Positions 1 to 7,952 of a DNA stretch of 64,000 nt are shown one piece after another. The notes under the pieces were generated by a model. It was not told the origin of the DNA, ran no database searches, and saw nothing but the letters and a program-made list of their open reading frames with translations. The first letter of the stretch is position 1. Each line of letters opens with the position of its first letter. Origin of the DNA: Candidatus Multivoradales bacterium (GTDB taxonomy: Bacteria > Acidobacteriota > Thermoanaerobaculia > Multivoradales > JAHEKO01); NCBI GenBank assembly GCA_965223855.1, contig CBDCXM010000009.1, forward strand, positions 800,001-864,000, given 5' to 3'. The position numbers were made by a program, and so were the translations under genes.

Positions 1-649
1 CGCCCTGTTCGGCGAGCGGCAGCAAGGCGTCGAGCGTAGCGCCGTCGAGCCCGACGACCCACAGCTCCGGGCGGCTGCGGTAGACGGCGAACGACTCGAG
101 AGGCGTCGCCGTCGTCGGTGGGTCGAACGCCGCCCGCCGCTCGATCATGATCCACAGCACTGCCACCGAAAGTACGGCGAAGAGCCAGCGGCTCCGCCAG
201 CCGTAGCGCCTGCGGTCGAGGGTGTGGAGCCAGGCGGTCAGCGCCGCCACGAGGGCGAACACCGACAGGGTGACCGCAGCCTTGACCAGGCGCACGTTGA
301 TCCCCGGCGGCAGGAACTGGGCGAAGCGATAGGCGTGGATCCAGGTGGCGGCCGCGGCGACGGCTAGCGTCGCGGTGAGAGCCCACGGCAGCACGGCGCG
401 GGCGGCCTCGACGCGACCACGGGTGGCGGCCCAGAGGACGAGACCGGTCGCAGCGCCGAAGAGCGCGCCATAGAGCACCACCCCGCGCGCCAGGGCGGCG
501 CCGGTCGGCTCCAGCTCCGGGTTGAGGAAGAAGAGCAACCCGGTGACGTACCCCCCGAGGAGCACTCCCGGGAGAGCGCCGAGGGCCAAGCTGATAACGT
601 CCCGGCGCGCTGCCGGCGCGTCCGCGCGGTCCGCTGTCTCGTCCGTCAT
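1..649 (-). CDS. Membrane-anchored alkaline phosphatase superfamily (type I phosphodiesterase-like) protein, runs off the window start
   Basis: Manual translation from ATG 649 (or 652): several hydrophobic helices, then LWVVGLDGATLDALLPLAEQG, the typical first metal-binding strand of AlkP-superfamily domains. Not in the ORF track because it is truncated. Confidence 0.6.
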   Translation of the reverse strand, partial: MTDETADRADAPAARRDVISLALGALPGVLLGGYVTGLLFFLNPELEPTGAALARGVVLYGALFGAATGLVLWAATRGRVEAARAVLPWALTATLAVAAAATWIHAYRFAQFLPPGINVRLVKAAVTLSVFALVAALTAWLHTLDRRRYGWRSRWLFAVLSVAVLWIMIERRAAFDPPTTATPLESFAVYRSRPELWVVGLDGATLDALLPLAEQG

Positions 650-685
650 CATCGCAGTCGGCGCGCCCGAGACGAGTCTACCCAA

Positions 686-1747
686 TTGCTCTATCCGCTC
701 CTCAGGTCGGCGCTCTTCGGCCTCGAGGCCGAGCAGGCACACGACCTGGCGGTCTCCACCCTAGAGCGTGCTCAGAAGCTCGGCGTGGTGCGCCGGTCGC
801 TGGCGCGCCGCTATGCGCACCCGCGGACCGAGCTCGCGATCGAAGTGTTGGGGCTCGACTTCACGAGTCCACTGGGAGTGGCCGCCGGCTTCGACAAGAA
901 CGCCCGCCTGGTTCCGGCGCTGGCGGCTCTCGGCTTCGGCGCGGTGGAGGTCGGCACCGTCACCCCGCGGCCGCAGCCGGGCAATCCGAAACCGCGGCTG
1001 TGGCGCCATCCCCGGCACAGGAGCCTGCAGAACTGCCTCGGCTTCAACGGCCTCGGGATGGACGCCGTGGCCGATTCGATCGAGAGCCTCGAACGGCGGC
1101 CGCTGCCGATCGGTATCAATCTGGGCAAGAACAAGGACACCCCGCAGGAGCGCGCCGGCGAAGACTATGAACGGCTGCTCGAGCGTTTCGCACCGCTGGC
1201 CGACTACTTCGTCCTCAACCTCTCCTCCCCCAACACGCCGCAGCTGCGCGACCTCCAGGTTCCGGAGTTCGTCGCCCGGCTGCTGAGGCGCGCAGCCGAG
1301 CTCGCCCAGGTCCCGGTGCTCGTCAAGATCGCCCCGGACCTTCCCGATCGTGCTGCGGTCGAGCTCGCCGTGTCGGCGGTCGAGGCGGGGGCCGCCGGCG
1401 TGATCGCCACCAACACCACCATCGACTACTCGCTCGTTCCCGGCGCCAGGCCGATCGGCGGTCTGAGCGGCGGGGTGCTCAGGGAACGGAGCTTCGAGCT
1501 GCTGTGCGAGCTGGCGGCGGAGCTCGGCGATCGAGCCGTACTGGTGAGTGTCGGCGGCATCGACAGCGCGGCGGAGGCTTACCGGCGTATCCGCGCCGGG
1601 GCGACCCTGGTGCAGTTGTACACTGCGATGGTGTTCGAAGGTCCCGGCGTGGCGCGCAGGATCAACGACGGTCTCGTCGAGCTGCTGGCGGCCGACGGTC
1701 TGACCTCGGTGAGCGACGCGGTGGGGGTGGAGCGGCGGCGACGATGA
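686..1747 (+). CDS. pyrD: Quinone-dependent dihydroorotate dehydrogenase (class 2)
   Basis: Motifs GVAAGFDKN, GTVTPRPQPGNPKPR, NLSSPNTP, VKIAPDL, TNTT, GGLSG, SVGGI, QLYTA; TTG start; overlaps pyrF (ATGA). Confidence 0.95.
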   Translation: MLYPLLRSALFGLEAEQAHDLAVSTLERAQKLGVVRRSLARRYAHPRTELAIEVLGLDFTSPLGVAAGFDKNARLVPALAALGFGAVEVGTVTPRPQPGNPKPRLWRHPRHRSLQNCLGFNGLGMDAVADSIESLERRPLPIGINLGKNKDTPQERAGEDYERLLERFAPLADYFVLNLSSPNTPQLRDLQVPEFVARLLRRAAELAQVPVLVKIAPDLPDRAAVELAVSAVEAGAAGVIATNTTIDYSLVPGARPIGGLSGGVLRERSFELLCELAAELGDRAVLVSVGGIDSAAEAYRRIRAGATLVQLYTAMVFEGPGVARRINDGLVELLAADGLTSVSDAVGVERRRR

Positions 1748-2433
1748 GTCTCGATCGACTGGCGGTCGCTCTCGATACCTCGTCGCGCGACGAGTTCAGT
1801 CTCTGGTGCGAGACCTTCGGCCCGCAGGTCGGGGTGCTCAAGGTCGGGCTCGAGGCCTACACCCGCTGGGGCCCGGAGGTGGTGGCTGAAGCGCGACGCC
1901 ACGGCGCCGCGGTCTTTCTCGATCTCAAGCTGCACGACATCCCGAACACGGTCGCCGGCGCGGTGGCGGCCGCCGCCGACCTCGGGGTGCGTTACCTGAC
2001 GATCCATGCGAGCGGCGGACCGGCGATGCTCGAGGCCGCCGCCGCTGCCGCCGCCGATCGGGTGCGGCTCCTGGCGGTCACCCTCCTGACCCATCTCGAT
2101 ACCGACGCCCTCGAGCAACTCGGCTACCCGGGGAGCTCCGCCGGGCGCGCCCGGCGATGGGCGTCGATGGCGGCTGCGGCCGGCTGCCACGGCGCCGTAT
2201 GCTCGGCGCTCGAGGTGGCGCGGTTGCGCTCGAACCTGGCGGCGCCGTTCGAGCTCGTCACCCCCGGGATTCGGCTGGCACCGGTGGCGAACGACGATCA
2301 GGCGCGGGTCGCCGGTCCTCGCGAGGCGCTCGACGCCGGGGCCGACCTGCTGGTGGTCGGGCGGCCGCTCACACAGGCCGCGAACCCCGGGCTCGAGCTC
2401 GAGCGTTGGCGGCAGGCGTTGGGAGCGGGCTGA
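1744..2433 (+). CDS. pyrF: Orotidine-5'-phosphate decarboxylase
   Basis: VALD, KVG, FLDLKLHDIPNTV, VTPGIR, DDQAR, VVGRP motifs; ATG 1744 overlaps the pyrD stop. Confidence 0.95.
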   Translation: MSLDRLAVALDTSSRDEFSLWCETFGPQVGVLKVGLEAYTRWGPEVVAEARRHGAAVFLDLKLHDIPNTVAGAVAAAADLGVRYLTIHASGGPAMLEAAAAAAADRVRLLAVTLLTHLDTDALEQLGYPGSSAGRARRWASMAAAAGCHGAVCSALEVARLRSNLAAPFELVTPGIRLAPVANDDQARVAGPREALDAGADLLVVGRPLTQAANPGLELERWRQALGAG

Positions 2434-2445
2434 CGAGCTGCCCGC

Positions 2446-2817
2446 TCAGATGATGAAGATAGGTCGATCGACCTGGTGGTCGAACTTCCACATGTAGGTG
2501 TGGACGACCAGATCGACCGGCACCACATAGGTGCAGCGCATCCGGATTCTGCCGCCGCTGAGTCTCACCGACACGTCTTCCTTGGTCACCGGGAGGCCGA
2601 GCTCATCGGCCTTGTCGAGAATCGCCTTCTTGATGCGGTCGGCGTTGGCCCGCCTACCGGCGAACTTCGCCTGCTCGAGCATGAAGTCCTTGAGCTCCGC
2701 GCTCTGGACCTTGACGGGCACGATCTTGATGACGATCAGTACGGCGATGCCGAGGATCACGGCCCACAGGGCACATCCGGCGATGCCCTCACCGGCCTGA
2801 CGTTGTCTGAATCGCAT
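2446..2817 (-). CDS. Small membrane protein with pilin-like N-terminal helix (DUF4845-like)
   Basis: RQRQAGEG followed by a hydrophobic helix; lies downstream of lepB, the usual DUF4845 position. Confidence 0.55.
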   Translation of the reverse strand: MRFRQRQAGEGIAGCALWAVILGIAVLIVIKIVPVKVQSAELKDFMLEQAKFAGRRANADRIKKAILDKADELGLPVTKEDVSVRLSGGRIRMRCTYVVPVDLVVHTYMWKFDHQVDRPIFII

Positions 2818-2862
2818 GCTCTCGTCCTTTCCTTCGAGCGGGGCTGGCTATGCTAGCAGCGT

Positions 2863-3588
2863 TCAGCGCACCGGCAGCAGGGTCCGCTCCCATCGGGTGC
2901 GGCTGAAGAAACCGCGCGCGACGGTGGCGAGCTGTTCGAACTTGGCGCGGTAGCCCTGCCACTCGATGTTCCCCTCACCGTGGTCGAAGGACCAGTAGAC
3001 GAGCAGCGCCCGCCCCTTGACGAAGTGCGCCGGCACCGTTCCCCACGCGCGGGAATCGTTGGAGTTGTCCCGGTTGTCGCCCATGACGAAGAAGTGCCCC
3101 TCCGGCACCGTGTACGGGCCGTAGTTGTCGCGCAGCCGGAAGGCGTCGCTCACGAACAGTGATTCGCGACGGGTGTAGGTGCGCGGGTCGGCGAAGTAGA
3201 CGTAGGCGCTCTCCTCGAGACGGCGACCGTTGACCCACACCTGCTTGTCGATCAGCTCGATGCGATCGCCCGGCAGGGCGATGCATCTCTTGATGAAGTC
3301 GCGCTCCGGTTCGTCGGGAAACTTGAAGACGACCACGTCTCCACGTTGCGGCGATCGCACCGGCAGCAGGCGACGCTCCCACTCCCCGCTCGTCGGCGCG
3401 TAGGCGAACTTGTTGACGAGGATGTGATCGCCGATCAGCAGGTTCTGCTCCATCGAGCCGCTGGGGATCTTGAACGCCTGAACGACGAAGGTCTTGGCGA
3501 AGAACGCCAGCAGCATCGCGATCAGCAACGCCTCGATGTTGTCTCGGAGCGGGCTGCGGCCGGGCTGAGCTGCGTGAGCTGTCGTCAA
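2863..3588 (-). CDS. lepB: Signal peptidase I (S26)
   Basis: IPSGSME (catalytic Ser), GDHILVNK, RGDVVVF, FIKRCIALPGD (catalytic Lys), MGDNRDNSNDSR. Confidence 0.93.
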   Translation of the reverse strand: MTTAHAAQPGRSPLRDNIEALLIAMLLAFFAKTFVVQAFKIPSGSMEQNLLIGDHILVNKFAYAPTSGEWERRLLPVRSPQRGDVVVFKFPDEPERDFIKRCIALPGDRIELIDKQVWVNGRRLEESAYVYFADPRTYTRRESLFVSDAFRLRDNYGPYTVPEGHFFVMGDNRDNSNDSRAWGTVPAHFVKGRALLVYWSFDHGEGNIEWQGYRAKFEQLATVARGFFSRTRWERTLLPVR

Positions 3589-3598
3589 CGCCTCACCG

Positions 3599-4363
3599 TC
3601 AGCGCACGAGCGTGAAGGTGCGCTCCCACCGGGTGCGCGTGAAGAAGCCGACCACGGTGCGCGCGAAGAGCTTCAGGCGGTGCCCCCAACCCCGCCACAC
3701 GCCGTCGGAAGTGTCGCCGCCGTAGGACCAGTAGATGAGGAAGGCCCGGCCCTTGACGAGATTGCGGGGCACCGGGCCCCAACTGCGCGAGTCGCGCGAA
3801 TTGTCCCGGTTGTCGCCCATGCAGAAGTAGTGATCGTCCGGCACGGTGAACGGGCCGAAGTTGTCGCTCGGCTCCCCGACCCACGGTCTCGTGTGCTGGG
3901 TGTAGCTCGAATCCTCCACCCACTCTCCGTTGATGTAGAGATCCTTGGAGGCGACTTCGATCACGTCACCCGGCAGGCCGATGCAGCGTTTCACCATGTC
4001 CTGGGTCGGCGTCTTGGGGTTGCGGAAGATGACGACGTCACCACGCCTGACGTCGCGGCCCGGCAGACCGGCCGCCGTCTCGCTCCCCCAGCCGTAGATG
4101 TAGCGATTGACGAACAGGTGGTCGCCGATCAGGAGCGTCTCCTCCATCGACGCACTGGGGATGTAGAAGGTCTTGACGACGAAGGTGTTGGAGAACCCGA
4201 GGAAGGCGCCGGCGATCAGGAGTGCCTCGAAATACTCGCGCAGCGTCGAGGTCGATCGCCCGCTGCCGGTCGCTCCTGCTTCCTCCGGGGCGTCGCGGCC
4301 GTCGTGACGCCGCTTGCGCTCACCGCCCTCGCCTCCCCCTCTGCTGTTCTTCCGGCGGCTCAT
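3599..4363 (-). CDS. lepB: Signal peptidase I (S26), second tandem copy
   Basis: IPSASME, GDHLFVN, RGDVVIF, MVKRCIGLPGD, MGDNRDNSRDSR. Confidence 0.93.
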   Translation of the reverse strand: MSRRKNSRGGGEGGERKRRHDGRDAPEEAGATGSGRSTSTLREYFEALLIAGAFLGFSNTFVVKTFYIPSASMEETLLIGDHLFVNRYIYGWGSETAAGLPGRDVRRGDVVIFRNPKTPTQDMVKRCIGLPGDVIEVASKDLYINGEWVEDSSYTQHTRPWVGEPSDNFGPFTVPDDHYFCMGDNRDNSRDSRSWGPVPRNLVKGRAFLIYWSYGGDTSDGVWRGWGHRLKLFARTVVGFFTRTRWERTFTLVR

Positions 4364-4590
4364 CGGCCGCCTAATCTAGCAGTTCGCCCGTCCGGGCCCC
4401 GGCCTGTCCAGCGATCTTGCGCGCGTCCAGTTCGCTGGACACGAGAGCCCGGCCTCCCCGATCGGGAAGCCGACGCCGTCGTCGCCTGGTAGCTGAGCCT
4501 CGAGCTCGTGGCGCGACCGCGACCACGCTGCCAGATCGCTGGACGGCCCGATATGGCTCCTGGTCGACGAAATCCTCGTAAGCGACGTTT

Positions 4591-4635
4591 TTTCAATGGT
4601 TTATGAGCCGACCCCCGGATGGCTTGGAGCTTGAT
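4591..4635 (+). promoter_or_regulatory. Putative IHF-like site plus sigma54-like -24/-12 promoter upstream of comEA
   Basis: TTTCAATGGTTTA (4591-4603) resembles WATCAANNNNTTR. TGGCTTGGAGCTTGAT (4620-4635) has sigma54 spacing but GA instead of GC at -12. Confidence 0.35.
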
Positions 4636-4797
4636 CTGTCACTGCGGCGAAGCCAGATCAAGGACCGGAGAAAGGAGGTCGCACAGACCCACTGCCACCG
4701 CAAACGCGACAGACACGGGCTGTGCCGGCGCCCGCCCTCGACAGAGGTAAAGCCGGCAATCGAAGAACCGAATCTCACCATCACCAAGGAGACACAC

Positions 4798-5130
4798 ATG
4801 TTTCGCATTCACAAGACCCTCACCGCCATCGCCTTCCTGCTCGTGCTCGCCGCCCTGCCGGCGCTCGCCGCTCAGGGGGTGGTCAACATCAACACCGCCG
4901 ATGTCGACGAGCTGGCGCTTCTGCCGCGCGTCGGCGAGACCGTCGCCCAGCGGATCGTCGACTTCCGCGAGGAGAACGGCAGCTTCAAGGCGCCCGAGGA
5001 CCTGCTGCTGGTCAAGGGCATCGGCGACCGGACCTTCGAGCTCATGGAGCCGCACGTCACCGTGACGGGCGAGACCACCCTCGGGGAGAAGGTGCGCATC
5101 GCCTCTCAGGCCGACGGTGGCGAGGAGTAG
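4798..5130 (+). CDS. comEA: ComEA-family helix-hairpin-helix DNA-binding protein with signal peptide
   Basis: AAGGAG RBS; signal peptide; VNINTA..EL..LPRVG...AQRIVDFREENGSF...EDLLLVKGIG. Confidence 0.88.
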   Translation: MFRIHKTLTAIAFLLVLAALPALAAQGVVNINTADVDELALLPRVGETVAQRIVDFREENGSFKAPEDLLLVKGIGDRTFELMEPHVTVTGETTLGEKVRIASQADGGEE

Positions 5131-5773
5131 CGGTCCGATCGACCGCGGGCGGGGCGTCTCGGCGCCCCGCCCTCTTCGGCACGGTCGCGGCTTCCAGCTC
5201 GTGCAGCTCGTCGTGGCGCTGGCGATCGTCGGCTCGACGGCGGCGGTGGCGATTCCGCCGGTGCTGCGCTGGTCGAGTGCGTTGAGGGTGAGAATGGCGG
5301 CCGCCGAGTTCGTCGGTGTGCTGCGCAAGGCACGGATCCTCGCCGTCTCGACGCGCTCGAACGTCGGCGTCAAGTTCTGGCCGGTCGAGCAAGGCCGGGT
5401 CGCCTTCGCACTCCACCGGGACGGCGACGGCGACGGGGTCAGGACTGCCGACATTCGCTCGGGGGTCGATCCGGCGATCGGACCGCCGATGCAGCTGCAG
5501 CACGTCGGCGCTCACGTGCGCCTCGGCTTTCCGCCCGGTCCGGCGCCGCGCGACCCGGCGCGGCCGAGCCGTCGTCTTGATCGGCTCGACGACCCGATCC
5601 GCTTCAACCGCTCCGACATCGCGTCGTTCAACCCGTTCGGTGAGTCGACCCCGGGGTCGCTCTACCTGACGGACGGCGTTCGGGCCCTGGCGGTGGTGAG
5701 GCTCTTCGGCGGCACCGGCAAGGTCAAGGTTCTGGTCTACGACCCGGCCCGGGAAAGCTGGCACCCCGACTGA
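5117..5773 (+). CDS. GspH/FimT-like minor (pseudo)pilin
   Basis: Prepilin-like RG|FQLVQLVVALAIVG, amphipathic LRKARILAV helix, C-terminal FNPFG..TPGSLYL..GTGKVK; start codon uncertain. Confidence 0.7.
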   Translation: MARSSGPIDRGRGVSAPRPLRHGRGFQLVQLVVALAIVGSTAAVAIPPVLRWSSALRVRMAAAEFVGVLRKARILAVSTRSNVGVKFWPVEQGRVAFALHRDGDGDGVRTADIRSGVDPAIGPPMQLQHVGAHVRLGFPPGPAPRDPARPSRRLDRLDDPIRFNRSDIASFNPFGESTPGSLYLTDGVRALAVVRLFGGTGKVKVLVYDPARESWHPD

Positions 5774-5816
5774 GCGTCTTGCGGCGGGAGGCGCGGTTCT
5801 GAGAGAGTTCCCGGCC

Positions 5817-6167
5817 GTGGGTTATCTCGTCGTCGTCACCAGCGTCGGGTGCGAAGAGCAGGCGAACCTGGTCGCGGACCAGCTCGTCGTGCGCCGCCAC
5901 GCCGCGTGCGTCAACATCGTCAAGGTGCAGCGTTCGGTCTACCGCTGGCAGGGCAAGGTGTTCGACGACGACGAGTTCCTGCTGATCGCCAAGACGACGG
6001 ACGAGGAGTACGAGGCGATCGAAGAGGCGATCCGAGAGCTGTCGACCTACGACCTGCCCGAGATCCTGGCGTTCCAGGTTTCGCGCGGCGAGGCGAAGTT
6101 CCTCGAGTGGATCGCTTCCGGCCTCGACAAGGGCGCCGACTACAGCGACGACATCGAACCGCGCTGA
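5817..6167 (+). CDS. cutA: Divalent-cation tolerance protein CutA
   Basis: AACVNI, SVYRWQG, E..LIAKT, YDLPEI motifs. Confidence 0.92.
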   Translation: MGYLVVVTSVGCEEQANLVADQLVVRRHAACVNIVKVQRSVYRWQGKVFDDDEFLLIAKTTDEEYEAIEEAIRELSTYDLPEILAFQVSRGEAKFLEWIASGLDKGADYSDDIEPR

Positions 6168-7876
6168 GCCTGGCCTGGATGGGGTGCTGGCTCAGGCTCG
6201 CGGAGCGCGAGCCAGGCGAGGAGCGCCGAGAGGTTGTGCTGCACGTGGTCGATGCGGATCGCCCTCCGGTGGTGCTGCCAGCGGAAGCCGCCGAGCCAGG
6301 ACTGGGGATCGGTGCGCAGGATCGCGGTCGCGGGACGTTCCTGGAGTAGCAACTGGTGGGCCACCCCGAGGTCGAGCGCCGACTCGAGAGCGGTCGTCTC
6401 TTCGCCGGCTCGACGGAGCAGGCGGATCGCCGCTGCCAGGCCCTCGAGGCGAGCCGCGCGTGCGGCCGGGGGGTCGCCGAAGCTGCCGACCGCCCAACGC
6501 GGGTCGACGTTCTGCGCCGAGACGATCTCGGCGCCCAGTCGGGCGGCACGACGGGCGAGTTCGAGCGAAGGTCGGTGCCGGTGAAGGCGGTCGATGGCGA
6601 TCAGCTCCCAGTGGTTCGGGGGCCCGGACGGCGACGGGTGTTCACGCAGCCATCGCGCCGCCTCGGCCGCCGCGACGAGGAGCTCCGACTCTGCGCTTCG
6701 TTCCGCCGCCACGACGAGGGCGAGGACGGCCTGGGCGGAGTAGTAGTTCGAGGCCGTCGCCAGGACGCTGCCCCCGGGCCATGTCTGGATGTGGATGGCG
6801 AAGCGACCGGCCGGCGTCTGAACCGCGCGAATCCACTCGAGCAGGGCGTCCGCCTCCCCGGCCCACCGGTCGTCGCCGGTCAGCGTCGAGTACTCGAGCA
6901 GGACGAGGGCGGCGAGGGCCTGACCGCCGAGCTTGACCTCGCCCCTCTCGATCACGCAGCGGTATGTTTCCGGCCCGAGCCGGCAGTCGCGGATTTGCCT
7001 GACGAGGAAGTCGAGCCCCCTCTCGACGGCCGCTCGAAGAGCAGCGTCGGGGGCGTGCTCGAGGAGCTCGATCATCGACCACAGTGCGCCTGAGTGCCGC
7101 AGGATGTTGTAGTCGTCGGGCGACCGGGACGGCAGCAGATAGCGGAAGCGGCCGCTCTCCCCCACGGCACGCTCGAGGAAGGCTCCCGCCCCGACCGCCG
7201 CGTCCCACGCGTCGGCGCGATCCACGGGCGGTGGTGCGCCACCGGGATCGACGGAGATCTCGTCACCGTCCGAGAACGCCCAGGCGGTGCGGAAGCGCAG
7301 GAGCGTCTCCTCCTGCCCGTGCTCGATCCTCTGCGGGTCGATGATCCGATCTGCGGCCTCCGCGAGCGTCGCCGCCTCGAGTGGCAGCCAGGCGGAGCCG
7401 CCCACCGCTGAACGAGGCGCCACCGCGAGACCGTGCACGCCGGCGAGGGTCGCGGAGGTGGCATCGTCGACGGTCTCGACGGCGAACGGCACATCGATCC
7501 GCCACCAGCGAGCCGTGAACGCTTCCGGCAACCGCAGGCGGAGCGAGGCGTCGGAGGCGGCCGAGTCGAGATCGACTCCCGAGCCCCAGGCGGTGATTCC
7601 CTTGGCGTTCCCGTCCGACACCGTCACTGCGACGATCGCCGCTCCGTCATCGATCGATGAGTCGTCTGCCGGCGGCGCGAGCGTGCCCCGGGACACGCGC
7701 GTCAGAAGCTCCACCAGCATCGAGCGATCGGGTGGCTCGGTGGCGATCACTCGCGACCACGGGAGCCGGACCGAGAGCTTCTCGTCGGCGCAGGCCGCTT
7801 GCGGTTCGAACAGCAGTCCGAAGAGCAGTCCGGCGCAGACGACCGCGAGCGAGGCGGTGACGCGCTGGGCTCTCAT
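6140..7876 (-). CDS. Exported hypothetical protein with probable alpha/alpha-toroid C-terminal domain
   Basis: Signal-peptide-like N-terminus; motifs GRFRY, YNILRHSG, VKLGGQALA, RIDHVQHNLSAL in a helix-rich region. Confidence 0.55.
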   Translation of the reverse strand: MRAQRVTASLAVVCAGLLFGLLFEPQAACADEKLSVRLPWSRVIATEPPDRSMLVELLTRVSRGTLAPPADDSSIDDGAAIVAVTVSDGNAKGITAWGSGVDLDSAASDASLRLRLPEAFTARWWRIDVPFAVETVDDATSATLAGVHGLAVAPRSAVGGSAWLPLEAATLAEAADRIIDPQRIEHGQEETLLRFRTAWAFSDGDEISVDPGGAPPPVDRADAWDAAVGAGAFLERAVGESGRFRYLLPSRSPDDYNILRHSGALWSMIELLEHAPDAALRAAVERGLDFLVRQIRDCRLGPETYRCVIERGEVKLGGQALAALVLLEYSTLTGDDRWAGEADALLEWIRAVQTPAGRFAIHIQTWPGGSVLATASNYYSAQAVLALVVAAERSAESELLVAAAEAARWLREHPSPSGPPNHWELIAIDRLHRHRPSLELARRAARLGAEIVSAQNVDPRWAVGSFGDPPAARAARLEGLAAAIRLLRRAGEETTALESALDLGVAHQLLLQERPATAILRTDPQSWLGGFRWQHHRRAIRIDHVQHNLSALLAWLALREPEPAPHPGQAQRGSMSSL

Positions 7877-7952
7877 GCTCCGCTGTCCCTCGTTGGGGGC
7901 GCCGTCCGACCGGCGGGCCGGGGTTGGCCCTGCCGGTCGAACGGACGCGGGC

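Noticed and set aside
1504-1743. N-terminal extension of PyrF in the ORF track
   Set aside because: It overlaps pyrD; the ATGA-coupled ATG at 1744 gives a normal-length PyrF.
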